Origin: a virus
Lineage: Duplodnaviria; Heunggongvirae; Uroviricota; Caudoviricetes
IMG/VR virus record: IMGVR_UViG_3300009551_000002
Location: 1 to 64,000 of that record
DNA length: 64,000 nt
Reading direction: 5' to 3' (one strand)
In this document: one piece after another, positions 1 through 9,344 of the stretch
How the letters are laid out: each line of letters opens with the position of its first letter
Position numbering within the stretch: position 1 is the stretch's first letter
Translations under genes and position numbers: made by a program
Notes under the pieces: generated by a model
What the model was told of the DNA's origin: nothing
Seen by the model: only the letters and a program-made list of their open reading frames with translations
Databases searched by the model: none

Positions 1-6
1 ATCATC

Positions 7-1122
7 ATGGACGAGGCGGATGCGGCAGAGAGCGCGTTGAGCGAGTTCCTGTCGTTCTCTCTATCATCCAAGGAAGCGTTAGGAGACTCCGGCAAGAATC
101 GCGCGCCGCATTGGAATGATCCCTTACGCGCATGGATCGAATGGGCGAAAGAAGCCGTGAAGCCGATGCGATCAATGGTCGCGCAGGCTGAGAGAGACGC
201 CAAGGAATCCGACGATCGTCGTGTCCTCGAAAGATTCTTTCATCTGCGGAACCTGTTTAAGAAGTTGGCGACGCTCGCCGAAATACAGATTGAGGATTGG
301 GTATGCGAGCCTGCCAAGGACGGCATTCGGTTCGATCCAATCTGGCCGGGCAAGTTCGCCGAGAAGTATCTGTTTCGTGGCATCAAGCGCGTGATTCTCT
401 TTAGCGGCACGTTGAACCGCAAGGCGTTCGAGCTACTCGGTGTGCGCCAGGACCAGTACACGTTCTATGATTACGACTCACCGTTTCATCCGGCACGCAA
501 TCCGCTGATCCTCGCGCCGTTGGGGAACTTCCGCTATCCGATCGCACCGCAGTTAATGATACAGGCCATTGATTTCTTCGATAACCTCGTCGATCAACGC
601 AAGAACGTCAAAGGCATACTGCATACGATTTCGTTCGATCATCTGGAGCAGTTCATCGAGCGGTCACGGCACGTAAACTTGTTTATCTCGAACGACGTGA
701 AGTATGCTGGCGGAATGCGCCGGACGGAGAATGTGGTCGAGAGCTTCAAGGAAGCGACTGCTCCTGCCGTGTTAGCATCGCCGTCGATCACATCCGGCTG
801 GGATTTCCCCGATGATTTCTGCCGTTATCAATTCATATTAAAGGTGCCGTTCCCGACGACGCAGTCGACTGTTGCGAAGGCACGCAAAAAGCTCGATCCG
901 GAGTATCATGATAATCTCGCGATGACGTCGCTGATTCAAATGTGCAGTCGACCGTGCAGATCGGTATACGACTATAACGAGAACATCATTACTGATGTGA
1001 GGGTCGGATGGTTCCTGGCGAACAAGAAGCATCTTGCCGCCAAGTGGTTTTTGGGAGCGCGGGGTTCTGGGCGCTACCGGAGATTAAATGAAGGCGTAGT
1101 TCCAGAACCGATACGTGGATAA
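7..1122 (+). CDS. DinG/Rad3-family DNA helicase, C-terminal part (5' end outside the window)
   Basis: ORF runs off the window start; helicase C-terminal motifs (ILFSGTL, SGWDFPDD...PFP, arginine-finger-like region) as in DinG/XPD SF2 helicases. Confidence 0.55.
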   Translation: MDEADAAESALSEFLSFSLSSKEALGDSGKNRAPHWNDPLRAWIEWAKEAVKPMRSMVAQAERDAKESDDRRVLERFFHLRNLFKKLATLAEIQIEDWVCEPAKDGIRFDPIWPGKFAEKYLFRGIKRVILFSGTLNRKAFELLGVRQDQYTFYDYDSPFHPARNPLILAPLGNFRYPIAPQLMIQAIDFFDNLVDQRKNVKGILHTISFDHLEQFIERSRHVNLFISNDVKYAGGMRRTENVVESFKEATAPAVLASPSITSGWDFPDDFCRYQFILKVPFPTTQSTVAKARKKLDPEYHDNLAMTSLIQMCSRPCRSVYDYNENIITDVRVGWFLANKKHLAAKWFLGARGSGRYRRLNEGVVPEPIRG

Positions 1123-1232
1123 GAATTACGGTGAGTGCGATTGTGGTGATTTCCTTGACAAGAGCGATTAAATCACATACGATGGCTACTCATCCGGTTC
1201 AACAGATAAACTGAAAGGGAGATTAAAGCAAT

Positions 1233-2132
1233 ATGCCAGTTTCATTGCTACCAGAGGACGCTCTACAGGGGTTCGGAATTCAATCCGGACTCCATCGCGT
1301 CGTTTCAAGTGAATGGATGGTTCATCAATTCACGGACAAGACCGGCAAGTCGTATGAGCCGTTCGTTTGTTGGGCCATTGGTTATCAACCCATCGATGAG
1401 AAGGGTGCCGTCATCGGTGACACGCAGATCGATTACACGATCAGAGTCGGGCCGAAATTCGGCGAGACACTCGACAAGTCGAAGTTCGCGCCGGGCATTG
1501 CTCCCGGTCAACCGCTGCCATTGCGGGTTGGTTCCAAGGGTCCGTACCTGGAGCCGATCAGCGATCAGCAGGGATTGTATAAGAATTCCAAGCCGATCCT
1601 TTACATGGAATCGCTCGGCAAGGCTGCCTTCGATCTGAAGAAGCTGGCAGCGGCGCAGTTCAACGTCGGATTGCTGGTCGGCACCGAAGGCGATATCTAT
1701 GAATTGGTCTCCGTCAATGACGGCACCGACGAGGCGGGCAAGCAATTCAAACCCACCAAGATCCCGGCCTTCAAGTCCATTCGCAAGATGGGCTATGAAG
1801 TTCAGGGTGTTCCGCAGACCGGCGCGGCTGCTGCTGGCGGCAAAGCGAACGGCGCTGTCGCTGCTGCTCCGTCTGCCAATGGCACCGGCAACGCTCACGG
1901 ATTGGCAGTCAAGATCCTGACGGCAGTCATCGAGAAGAACCGCGAGAAGGGTGGTATGCCGCGCGCCGACGTCGTGCGGAACGTGCTGGCTATCGCCAGC
2001 AAGCTCGATCCTCGCCCTGCTCCCGAAGAGCGCGAGGCGGCCAAGGCGTTGCTGGGTTCCGATGCGTTCTACGGTGATACTGCAGTGGAGTTGCTGGCGG
2101 TTCTGGACGGCGAGACCGTACAGTTCGCCTAA
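1233..2132 (+). CDS. hypothetical protein in the replication/recombination module (possible ssDNA-binding or annealing protein)
   Basis: 299-aa ORF between helicase and exonuclease genes; low-complexity Ala/Gly linker; no recognisable motif. Confidence 0.5.
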   Translation: MPVSLLPEDALQGFGIQSGLHRVVSSEWMVHQFTDKTGKSYEPFVCWAIGYQPIDEKGAVIGDTQIDYTIRVGPKFGETLDKSKFAPGIAPGQPLPLRVGSKGPYLEPISDQQGLYKNSKPILYMESLGKAAFDLKKLAAAQFNVGLLVGTEGDIYELVSVNDGTDEAGKQFKPTKIPAFKSIRKMGYEVQGVPQTGAAAAGGKANGAVAAAPSANGTGNAHGLAVKILTAVIEKNREKGGMPRADVVRNVLAIASKLDPRPAPEEREAAKALLGSDAFYGDTAVELLAVLDGETVQFA

Positions 2133-2216
2133 TACAAGCTCGCCTGTGTTATCTGCACACGAGGTCGTCAGCACTACTACGACGTCGTTTTAATACAGGC
2201 TTGATGGCGCGGTTCG

Positions 2217-2936
2217 ATGTGGGTGGACCGCGCCATTCCTTTTTCTAATGCTCCAACTTGCGTGGGATTGGCAGAGAGTTTAATCTTTCTCATGCAATAT
2301 GTGAGCGTAATGCCAGACATTAGTCTGGAAGATATCAACCGAGCACTGTCACGCGCCATACCTGCCCGCCCCAATCATCGCTCGAAGGGCACGCACCTCA
2401 CAGATATCTTGCAGAGGATGAATCGTGAGAGTGGCCGCATGAAAGAGAAGATCGTATTTGGCAGGAACACTTACGCTCCACTGGACGAAGAGGATATGCC
2501 GATGTGCATGGCGCTTGGCATGATCTTTGAGACCGGCCTGATGCAACTCATGCCGTGGCTACAGAGAATCGGCGAGATCTCGAAGGACGGTATCGCGATG
2601 TCGCCGGATGCGGGTACGTATAACTGTCGCAGGCACCTGCTGTCGCCTGACAAAGATGTGCCGGTCGTGCTCGACGAGATCAAGCTGACGTGGAAGTCAG
2701 TGAACCGTGGGCTCGAAGAGCACTTCAATTATTTGCAGCAAACGAAGTCGTACTGTTATGGGTTGAATACAGTGTATTGCCGATTACACATCATGCACGT
2801 CAATGGGAGCTATAAGTTCGGCGACGATCCGCTCGGCGGCCCGCAGTACGTGCAGCACCACATCATGTACACCCCTTTTGAAATTCAGATGAATTGGGAA
2901 GAAGTTCAACGAAGGAAGAAGGAATACGGACTGTGA
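2217..2936 (+). CDS. PD-(D/E)XK exonuclease (YqaJ/lambda-exo/Cas4-like)
   Basis: Motif ...VVLDEIKLTWK... (D-x-E-I-K core of PD-(D/E)XK nucleases); sits beside a RecA-like ATPase; start ambiguous (2217, 2295 or 2313). Confidence 0.5.
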   Translation: MWVDRAIPFSNAPTCVGLAESLIFLMQYVSVMPDISLEDINRALSRAIPARPNHRSKGTHLTDILQRMNRESGRMKEKIVFGRNTYAPLDEEDMPMCMALGMIFETGLMQLMPWLQRIGEISKDGIAMSPDAGTYNCRRHLLSPDKDVPVVLDEIKLTWKSVNRGLEEHFNYLQQTKSYCYGLNTVYCRLHIMHVNGSYKFGDDPLGGPQYVQHHIMYTPFEIQMNWEEVQRRKKEYGL

Positions 2937-2989
2937 CTCAGCCAGCTAAACCCACAATCAAAGCTCAAGAAGGACCGACGCAATTCGAG

Positions 2990-3838
2990 ATGCTGACCGG
3001 AGAGATAGAGCCGCGCATGACAATGCTCGTTCATGGTCGGACGAAACACGGTAAGACCGAGTTAGCGTTGAAGTCACCGGGCGACGCCGGAGTCATCTCA
3101 CTCGACTCCAACTGCAAGGCAATCGCGGCGAAGTACAAGTTGGCGAATCCCAAGAAGCAAATCTTCTACAAGGAGTTCCTGCGGTCGCCGCTAAGCCAGA
3201 TCGACGACATCAACGAATTGAAAAAGCACTGGCAGAACGTGCGTAAGGCGTACTACGACATGCTGGACATCAAGACTGTCCGCACGGTTATCTGTGACAC
3301 CCACACGCAAATGTGGGAGGACTGCAAGCTGGCCTACGTGGGTAAAGAGAAGCCGGACGCGTCGAGTGAAGTCGATGCACAGGGCAAACCGACCGGCAAG
3401 CAGTTCGGCACGCAGAAGACCATTCCGCGTGACCTGGGTGAAGCCAAGCGCGACATGCGTGAGATGATCAACGCGTGTGAAGCTGCCGGGAAGAATCTGG
3501 TGCTGCTCTGCAAGGCCGACGATGAGTGGAAGGACGACCCCCAAGGGAAAGGATTCAAGACCGGTAAGGTGCGCCGCATCGGCATGCCCGGCATCGAATA
3601 TCTGAGTCAGTGTGAGGTCGAAGTGTTCCGGCACGAGACGCTCGGCACGTTCGTCGCGCGCATGCTGAGTTCGACGGCCAACGCCGATATCCGTGGACGG
3701 CAAGGATCAATGGTGTTCGTGCCGGGCAAAGGTGACATCTGGCAGCCGTCGCAGGACGAGTTTATCGATAGCGACATCACGTTTGGGATGATCGCGATCA
3801 GTGTGTATCCGAGTACCGAAATCGAGGCGTGGGAGTAA
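2990..3838 (+). CDS. RecA-like P-loop ATPase (Sak4-like recombination protein)
   Basis: Walker A-like HGRTKHGKTE near the N-terminus; size and context (next to exonuclease) match phage Sak4/RecA-like proteins; in-frame ATG at 2990 chosen to avoid overlap. Confidence 0.45.
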   Translation: MLTGEIEPRMTMLVHGRTKHGKTELALKSPGDAGVISLDSNCKAIAAKYKLANPKKQIFYKEFLRSPLSQIDDINELKKHWQNVRKAYYDMLDIKTVRTVICDTHTQMWEDCKLAYVGKEKPDASSEVDAQGKPTGKQFGTQKTIPRDLGEAKRDMREMINACEAAGKNLVLLCKADDEWKDDPQGKGFKTGKVRRIGMPGIEYLSQCEVEVFRHETLGTFVARMLSSTANADIRGRQGSMVFVPGKGDIWQPSQDEFIDSDITFGMIAISVYPSTEIEAWE

Positions 3839-4116
3839 TTCACGTGACAGGCGACGACATTGCTGCGCAGTTAAAGCAAGAGCAAGGCTACCTAGTGTAT
3901 GGAGCCTACACTAAGAAGGAAATCGGCGAGATCATTCCTCCGGAGAGGCACGGTGATCACTCGATTCCAGTTCGGATCGTGAAGGTGTCCACCGTAGCCG
4001 CGCTGGTCAAACAGACCAATCGCGTGCATGAAATCGCGCCTGAATTACAGAAGAGAAAAATCCAGTCCTCGGACGTGCGCTGGCCTTTTATTTACGAAGT
4101 AGAAGCGATCGATTAA
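3829..4116 (+). CDS. hypothetical protein
   Basis: 95-aa ORF overlapping the end of the upstream gene; no motif. Confidence 0.3.
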   Translation: MGVIHVTGDDIAAQLKQEQGYLVYGAYTKKEIGEIIPPERHGDHSIPVRIVKVSTVAALVKQTNRVHEIAPELQKRKIQSSDVRWPFIYEVEAID

Positions 4117-4129
4117 AACAGGAGAGACT

Positions 4130-4471
4130 ATGGAAGATAACAACGACAATGACCAGAAAATGAACGAAGTCATTGATGGGCTCAGGAATGGAGCCGAGTC
4201 CGAAGAAGCCGTAGCACAGGTTGCTGCTGCTGCCGCCGATGCGCCTGCACCGCAGGGACTCCCCGCGCCGCGATGCCCATTTTGTCAGGTGGCACTGTTT
4301 GCCGTGGACAAGTCTGGCGTGACCACTTACAACATTCAGATGGGCATGGAGAGGCTCCGGATCTTCACGTGCGCCAATTGCGATTGCGTACTGCCGATCC
4401 AGGTCATGGTGATCGATACGCCGCTAATCGCTGCGCCGAGCGCGCAAGGCGGCAGACTCGTTCGTCAATAG
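4130..4471 (+). CDS. hypothetical Zn-ribbon protein
   Basis: CPFC...CANC cysteine pairs; ends in TAG and is in frame with the downstream ERCC4 gene (9-nt gap). Confidence 0.45.
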   Translation: MEDNNDNDQKMNEVIDGLRNGAESEEAVAQVAAAAADAPAPQGLPAPRCPFCQVALFAVDKSGVTTYNIQMGMERLRIFTCANCDCVLPIQVMVIDTPLIAAPSAQGGRLVRQ

Positions 4472-4480
4472 TCGCTGAGC

Positions 4481-5329
4481 ATGAGCATTACCATCGATCC
4501 ACGCAGAGGGTCGGGAGAATTCGCGCGTCTATTCAGCGGATTCTCCATCCCCATTTACTTAGAAACGCTCGATAGCGCGGACTATGCGTTCAGTGGTAAC
4601 GGGCCGTCTGGTGATGTGTCCGTAGGTGTTGAGCGTAAGGCGCTTGCCGACTTCCTCACGTGCATGAACGACGAGAGGTTTACTGGATTTCAACTAGAGA
4701 AGTTGCTCAAGGATTACCACTACACTTTTGTAGTTATTGAGGGAGTGTACAGACCGACGATCGACGGCTTTATTGAAGTGTGCCAGCCGGTGAGGGATCG
4801 GTTCCGTAATGAGAGCGACAAGGTTATGACATGGCGTCCATTGTATGAGGGCTCGAAGGGGCGACGTACGCTCTACAGTCAACTCGAAGGCCACATCAAT
4901 ACGCTGAGACTCAAGGCAGGCACGCCGAACGCTGGGTTCCTGGTCATGAATACGACGGACGCGTTGCATACGACGTGGGTAGTGGCTAATCTGTACCGGT
5001 GGTTTAGTAAGCCATGGGCTGAACACCAGAGCCACATTGGATTCTACGATCCGGCGTCATTGTTCAGAGGGAAGTCATCGTTCGAGATGAGAGTTGCGAT
5101 GCAGTTGGATAAGGTGGGCGTGGATCGCGCCAACTCGATCGTGAAGGCATTTCCTGGCATGGACGGTATGGTATCGCCACTGGAACAGATGATGACTGCG
5201 ACTGAGAAGGACTGGGAGAGCGTGGATGGCATCGGTCCTACGGGGGCGAAGAACATCTACCGACAGTTACACGGACGGAACGAAGTAAAGGAACCGAAGA
5301 AGATTAGGAAGAAGAAAGGAGATTCGTAA
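4481..5329 (+). CDS. ERCC4-type (XPF/Mus81/Hef-like) nuclease with C-terminal helix-hairpin-helix
   Basis: ERCC4 signature ...SADYAFSG...VGVERKALADFLTC...; C-terminal GIGPTGAKNIYRQL HhH motif. Confidence 0.6.
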   Translation: MSITIDPRRGSGEFARLFSGFSIPIYLETLDSADYAFSGNGPSGDVSVGVERKALADFLTCMNDERFTGFQLEKLLKDYHYTFVVIEGVYRPTIDGFIEVCQPVRDRFRNESDKVMTWRPLYEGSKGRRTLYSQLEGHINTLRLKAGTPNAGFLVMNTTDALHTTWVVANLYRWFSKPWAEHQSHIGFYDPASLFRGKSSFEMRVAMQLDKVGVDRANSIVKAFPGMDGMVSPLEQMMTATEKDWESVDGIGPTGAKNIYRQLHGRNEVKEPKKIRKKKGDS

Positions 5330-5664
5330 TGGCGTGGTTTTATGCAACTTTGATCGACGACGGCTCGGCTGTTCTCATAAATATGGAGCACATCTGTTCC
5401 ATCAACGTGAATGTGAACGATATGGGCACGATGGATGAGAGCCGTGAATTCTTTTTAGACGTGCGTACCGTAGACGGGTGCTGCTATAAACTCGAAGATC
5501 CAGAGGCTTATGGGCACGCTCTCATGGAAATGCTGGCAGCTAGGTCGTCGTCGAAAGACAGTACCAGTGAGATCGGGATGATGACAAACTTCATCCGCGA
5601 ACGATATAAGACCTTCCGACAAGAATTACAACGAAAAGAATCGCAGCCTAAACAAGAAGAGTAG
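5329..5664 (+). CDS. hypothetical protein
   Basis: 111-aa ORF, tightly packed operon. Confidence 0.4.
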   Translation: MAWFYATLIDDGSAVLINMEHICSINVNVNDMGTMDESREFFLDVRTVDGCCYKLEDPEAYGHALMEMLAARSSSKDSTSEIGMMTNFIRERYKTFRQELQRKESQPKQEE

Positions 5665-5666
5665 CG

Positions 5667-6227
5667 ATGGCCGTAGAGCTTCCAGGTCGATGTGTCGGCG
5701 AGATCGGGTGCAAGGCACCGATCCTACGGATGAATCGTTGCCTGAAGCATCTACGTGAGTTCGAGCAGGAGACGCGCGATAGGCTTGGATTACCTCCAGT
5801 GAAGGAACAGCCGGTAGCGCCTCCTCCTATTGTTGCTCCGAGTACTCCAGCTAAGCGTACTGAACGTGCCGATATGGTCGAGCATCGCAAACTAGCAGCG
5901 GCTCCATTGCCTGCGAAGTATCTGACGCTCGAAGAAGTGGAGGCGCATCGCCGCACTGCTCCGCGTTGGATTTGGCTCTGGGATCTGCTCGAAAAGATGC
6001 CGGAAGACAAATGCGCATTGGAAGTCAATTTGCCGGATGGCATGGACATCACGCGATTTGCTAACATGATCCGTACAGCATTAAGTATGCAAAAGCGATT
6101 AAATGATGATCGCTGGAGCGTGCGGAAGACGATGAGCGCAGAAAGTGTGATCATCACCAAGGTCGGGACGTGGAAGGAATACGACGCTGAGCAGGCCGCG
6201 TTAAAAGAAGGGAAGAAGAATGGCTAA
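5667..6227 (+). CDS. hypothetical protein with N-terminal C-x2-C...CLKH zinc-ribbon-like motif
   Basis: CVGEIGC...RCLKHLRE; shares the motif with ORF 6817-7086. Confidence 0.45.
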   Translation: MAVELPGRCVGEIGCKAPILRMNRCLKHLREFEQETRDRLGLPPVKEQPVAPPPIVAPSTPAKRTERADMVEHRKLAAAPLPAKYLTLEEVEAHRRTAPRWIWLWDLLEKMPEDKCALEVNLPDGMDITRFANMIRTALSMQKRLNDDRWSVRKTMSAESVIITKVGTWKEYDAEQAALKEGKKNG

Positions 6228-6564
6228 GACGGAACTCGAACTCCTCAAGTATGACTGTGTCGATAGTCAGCACATGCTCTTCAAGCCTGGGTGCTTTGGG
6301 AATATTGCTGGACGGCGAGTCATGCTTTGCTTGGACTATGACATCGACAAGATAGTCACTACTGGCGTTCTCTTCGAGCGTGATAACGCTATTTGGGTAG
6401 ATGTCGGTTACCTCGCAGAAGAATTCAAGGGATGGGAAGCCTGCGTTTCCTTTACGGTTAAATATCCTTTGGAGGAGTCAGCTAACGGTGCTTTCGTCGA
6501 GATATCGAAGGCTCAGATCCATCATGTGCTCGGCTTCGTCAGGCCCGGCTTGAAGATCCATTGA
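6220..6564 (+). CDS. hypothetical protein
   Basis: 114-aa ORF, ATGA overlap with upstream gene. Confidence 0.45.
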   Translation: MAKTELELLKYDCVDSQHMLFKPGCFGNIAGRRVMLCLDYDIDKIVTTGVLFERDNAIWVDVGYLAEEFKGWEACVSFTVKYPLEESANGAFVEISKAQIHHVLGFVRPGLKIH

Positions 6565-6565
6565 T

Positions 6566-6820
6566 ATGCGTAAGTACCCGCCAGCGTCCGAATACCTACC
6601 CGCGCCTGAGGCTGTGCGTATCGCACGTGAGCGCACGCAGGACATCCTCAAGCTGTGGACGTTGAGCATCGACGTCTACAACTCAGGCGGTATAGCTGAC
6701 TTCGGCGTGCTGGTGCAGTCAGCGTACCTGCAAGGCGTTGAGGACGCTGGAGTCGCGCTAGGGATGCGCGGGCTGTTGGTGATGCCGCGCGTAGAAGGAA
6801 GCTACGAGGAAGAACGATGA
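6566..6820 (+). CDS. hypothetical protein
   Basis: 84-aa ORF. Confidence 0.35.
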   Translation: MRKYPPASEYLPAPEAVRIARERTQDILKLWTLSIDVYNSGGIADFGVLVQSAYLQGVEDAGVALGMRGLLVMPRVEGSYEEER

Positions 6821-7086
6821 GTCATCACTGTCACGCAATCGACTGCACCGTCGAAATCCCACCTAGGCTTCATATGTGCCTGAAACATTGGCGGATGGTG
6901 CCGAAGCTCGTGCAGGATCTCATCTGGGCACACTACCGGCCAGGGCAGGAGATCGACAAGAAGCCGACTCCCGAGTATCTGTACACCGCGTTCGTCTCGA
7001 TATCGTGCGTGGCTATGGCAGAAGGCAAGGATCTACCGGTGATGGATATAGCATTGATCAGAATAGTGGAGAATATGAAACCGTGA
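6817..7086 (+). CDS. hypothetical protein with C-x2-C...CLKH motif
   Basis: CHAIDCTVEIPPRLHMCLKHWRM; paralogous motif to ORF 5667. Confidence 0.4.
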   Translation: MSHHCHAIDCTVEIPPRLHMCLKHWRMVPKLVQDLIWAHYRPGQEIDKKPTPEYLYTAFVSISCVAMAEGKDLPVMDIALIRIVENMKP

Positions 7087-7112
7087 GCAACGCCACAATC
7101 ATTCGCCGTAAC

Positions 7113-7313
7113 ATGAGCTACGTGTTCGATAACTTCCGCAATAACGAAGATAACGTGCTCCTACACGGGATCGATATTGAGTTTATCGACGGTGCGTGGT
7201 GTCCGGTCGTCCCACACGGTAACGCGCTCACTGCTCTCGCTGTCGCGCGTCCAGACTGTTTTGAGTTTCGCTGGATAGCGCTCACTAAGAAGTGGCTCCC
7301 GATATATGAATGA
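7113..7313 (+). CDS. hypothetical small protein
   Basis: Internal ATG of track ORF 6876-7313; the upstream part of that ORF overlaps 6817-7086 in another frame. Confidence 0.3.
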   Translation: MSYVFDNFRNNEDNVLLHGIDIEFIDGAWCPVVPHGNALTALAVARPDCFEFRWIALTKKWLPIYE

Positions 7314-8838
7314 TCGCTGCGCTACCTGTACAGGTCGGTTTCATGTCATCCGTGGTGATGGCCCCGAACGATGCCGTGCCGCGATGTTCGGTCAGAATCC
7401 AGGCAAGCAGGAAGAGGCATCGGCAGAGCGCGGCGAGTACGGCAGAGTCTTCATCGGAGACGCGGGCAGGGAACTCAATGAACACTATCTCGCACTGGCC
7501 GGGCTCGTCCGATCTGAAGACGTGTTCGTATCGAATGTGATGAAGTGTCACACGGAGAACGACCGTAAGCCGTCGCCTCGCGAGATCGCCACGTGTGCTG
7601 CTCATCACATGCCTGGAGAGTTAATCGAGCGTGATCCCGACATCGTCGTCCTCATGGGATCGCCCGCGTGCTCGATCGTGCCGGAGATATGGCTAGAGGC
7701 GCATCATGGCTATCCACTGAAGGTGAATCTGTTTGGCACGCAGCGCTGGGTGGTGCCGATGTACCATCCGGCTGCTGGACTACACGACCCGTCGATGATG
7801 ACGGAACTCATGCAGGACTTCGAGCGGCTGAGAAAGATCGTCGGTGGCGACTACTCGGTGCCAATCGATGAGTATCCCAATCCAGAGTATCGCGATCTGA
7901 CCGGCGACCATGCAGCCATCGAAGCGATCCTGCGTAAAGGACTAGACGGCCTGCGGATACTGGCGCGTGATACCGAGTACTTGCAACTGAAGAAGTCGCC
8001 TATCAAGACTCCGTGGTGCTCGACGTTCACTATCGACCCAGGCACCGGGTACATGATTCGAGCTACAGATCGCGCTGGCTTACAGATCCTCGCGCGCTAC
8101 ATGCCGTACTATTACGGCAACTTGCACAATGCGCTGGCTGACCTGGACGTTGAGCAGGTCATGGGGCTGCCGGAAGCTGAGTTCGACGACACCATGCAGC
8201 TTGCCGCGCACCAGCAGGACCTTCCGCAGAAGCTCAAGGCGCTGGCATGGCGGCTCGCTGGGATGACGATGAAGGATTACGAAGACGTCGTCATGCCGTA
8301 TAGTCGGACGGCAGTCCTGGAGTGGTTGGAGGCTGCCTACGACGTTGCTGTGCTGACGCCGACGACCAAGACCAAATACACGAAGAAGAAACGCAAAGTG
8401 CCGAAGACAGAAAAGGCCATGCAGAAATTGTGGGCTGAAATCGGGGCCTTCAATCCGGAAGAAGGACCGGATGGTTACTTCTATTTCAAGATTGCGGAAC
8501 AGGAAGTGTGCGACAGTGATCTCACGAAGAAGATCCTCCACATTCACAAACACACGGCCAAGCCGGTCCCTGCGGATGCGGACAAACCTTACAATTGCTG
8601 GGAGGCTTGGCAGACTCAAGTCGTCGAGAAGCTCGGGCCGGAGATCGAGAACGAAGTCGTGAAGAGGATCGGGCCGATGCCGCAAGCGTCGATCCAGGAA
8701 GTGTTCACACGGAACCCTGAAGAGGCGATACGGTACGCGTGTAGAGACTCGGATTCGACCAGAAGGATCTTCCCTGTGTTGAAGGAGCGGTCGCATAAGT
8801 ATGACGGCAGGGTGATGCTAGGAGATATCGATCGATGA
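7306..8838 (+). CDS. Family A DNA polymerase, N-terminal fragment (UDG family-4-like domain + 3'-5' exonuclease domain + start of polymerase domain)
   Basis: UDG4-like motifs (GQNPG...FIGDAGREL...MKCHT...YHPAAGLH); Exo I (ARDTEY) and Exo III (YYYGNLHNALADLD); C-terminal RYACRDSDSTRRIF matches the PolA YAAxDA region; ends in a stop codon. Confidence 0.7.
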   Translation: MNDRCATCTGRFHVIRGDGPERCRAAMFGQNPGKQEEASAERGEYGRVFIGDAGRELNEHYLALAGLVRSEDVFVSNVMKCHTENDRKPSPREIATCAAHHMPGELIERDPDIVVLMGSPACSIVPEIWLEAHHGYPLKVNLFGTQRWVVPMYHPAAGLHDPSMMTELMQDFERLRKIVGGDYSVPIDEYPNPEYRDLTGDHAAIEAILRKGLDGLRILARDTEYLQLKKSPIKTPWCSTFTIDPGTGYMIRATDRAGLQILARYMPYYYGNLHNALADLDVEQVMGLPEAEFDDTMQLAAHQQDLPQKLKALAWRLAGMTMKDYEDVVMPYSRTAVLEWLEAAYDVAVLTPTTKTKYTKKKRKVPKTEKAMQKLWAEIGAFNPEEGPDGYFYFKIAEQEVCDSDLTKKILHIHKHTAKPVPADADKPYNCWEAWQTQVVEKLGPEIENEVVKRIGPMPQASIQEVFTRNPEEAIRYACRDSDSTRRIFPVLKERSHKYDGRVMLGDIDR

Positions 8839-8858
8839 TCGTGATATAGTCATAAATT

Positions 8859-9344
8859 ATGATGAATCCGGAACATCGAAAGAAAGCGATAGGGCTCACA
8901 CGTAAAACTGCGGACGAGCTAATTCGCAAGATATGCGCGACTGCCGAGAGGATCAATGCGGACAAGAACATGAGCCGTGTCATCGTTAAGCTCACTGTGT
9001 TCGGTAGCTATCTCTCCGATAAAGAAAAGCTAGGCGATTTGGATATTGCCGCCGAGTATGACTTTCGCTATCCTGACGCGAATGGGAATTATTCGGACAA
9101 GCAACGAGCATTGGACGATAAGATCCGAGAGAGCGATCCGCGTGATTACCCGGTGACGATCGTAGCGCGCGTGTGTTACCCGGAATTGCTGGTCTTGAAA
9201 ACACTAAAGGGGGGATCGAGAGCTATCAGTCTACACTCGCAGTCTGAATTAGACGCCATGATAGAGGAATTCCCGGAGACCAAACACAAAGTAATTTGGA
9301 CGCGTAATGAAGTTCCCGAACTCAGAACCGATAGCCCGAAGTGA
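8859..9344 (+). CDS. minimal nucleotidyltransferase (MNT / pol-beta superfamily)
   Basis: GS...D-h-D signature (TVFGSYLSDKEKLGDLDIAAEYDF); 161 aa; first gene of the insertion in the polymerase gene. Confidence 0.5.
   Translation: MMNPEHRKKAIGLTRKTADELIRKICATAERINADKNMSRVIVKLTVFGSYLSDKEKLGDLDIAAEYDFRYPDANGNYSDKQRALDDKIRESDPRDYPVTIVARVCYPELLVLKTLKGGSRAISLHSQSELDAMIEEFPETKHKVIWTRNEVPELRTDSPK

Noticed and set aside
1305-2174. 289-aa minus-strand ORF antisense to gene 1233-2132 (similar cases: 14360-15196, 22866-23429, 8080-8796, 3191-3703, 43379-43915)
   Set aside because: Arg/Leu/Ser-rich shadow ORFs typical of the antisense strand of GC-rich coding sequence. The sense genes have motifs and RBSs.
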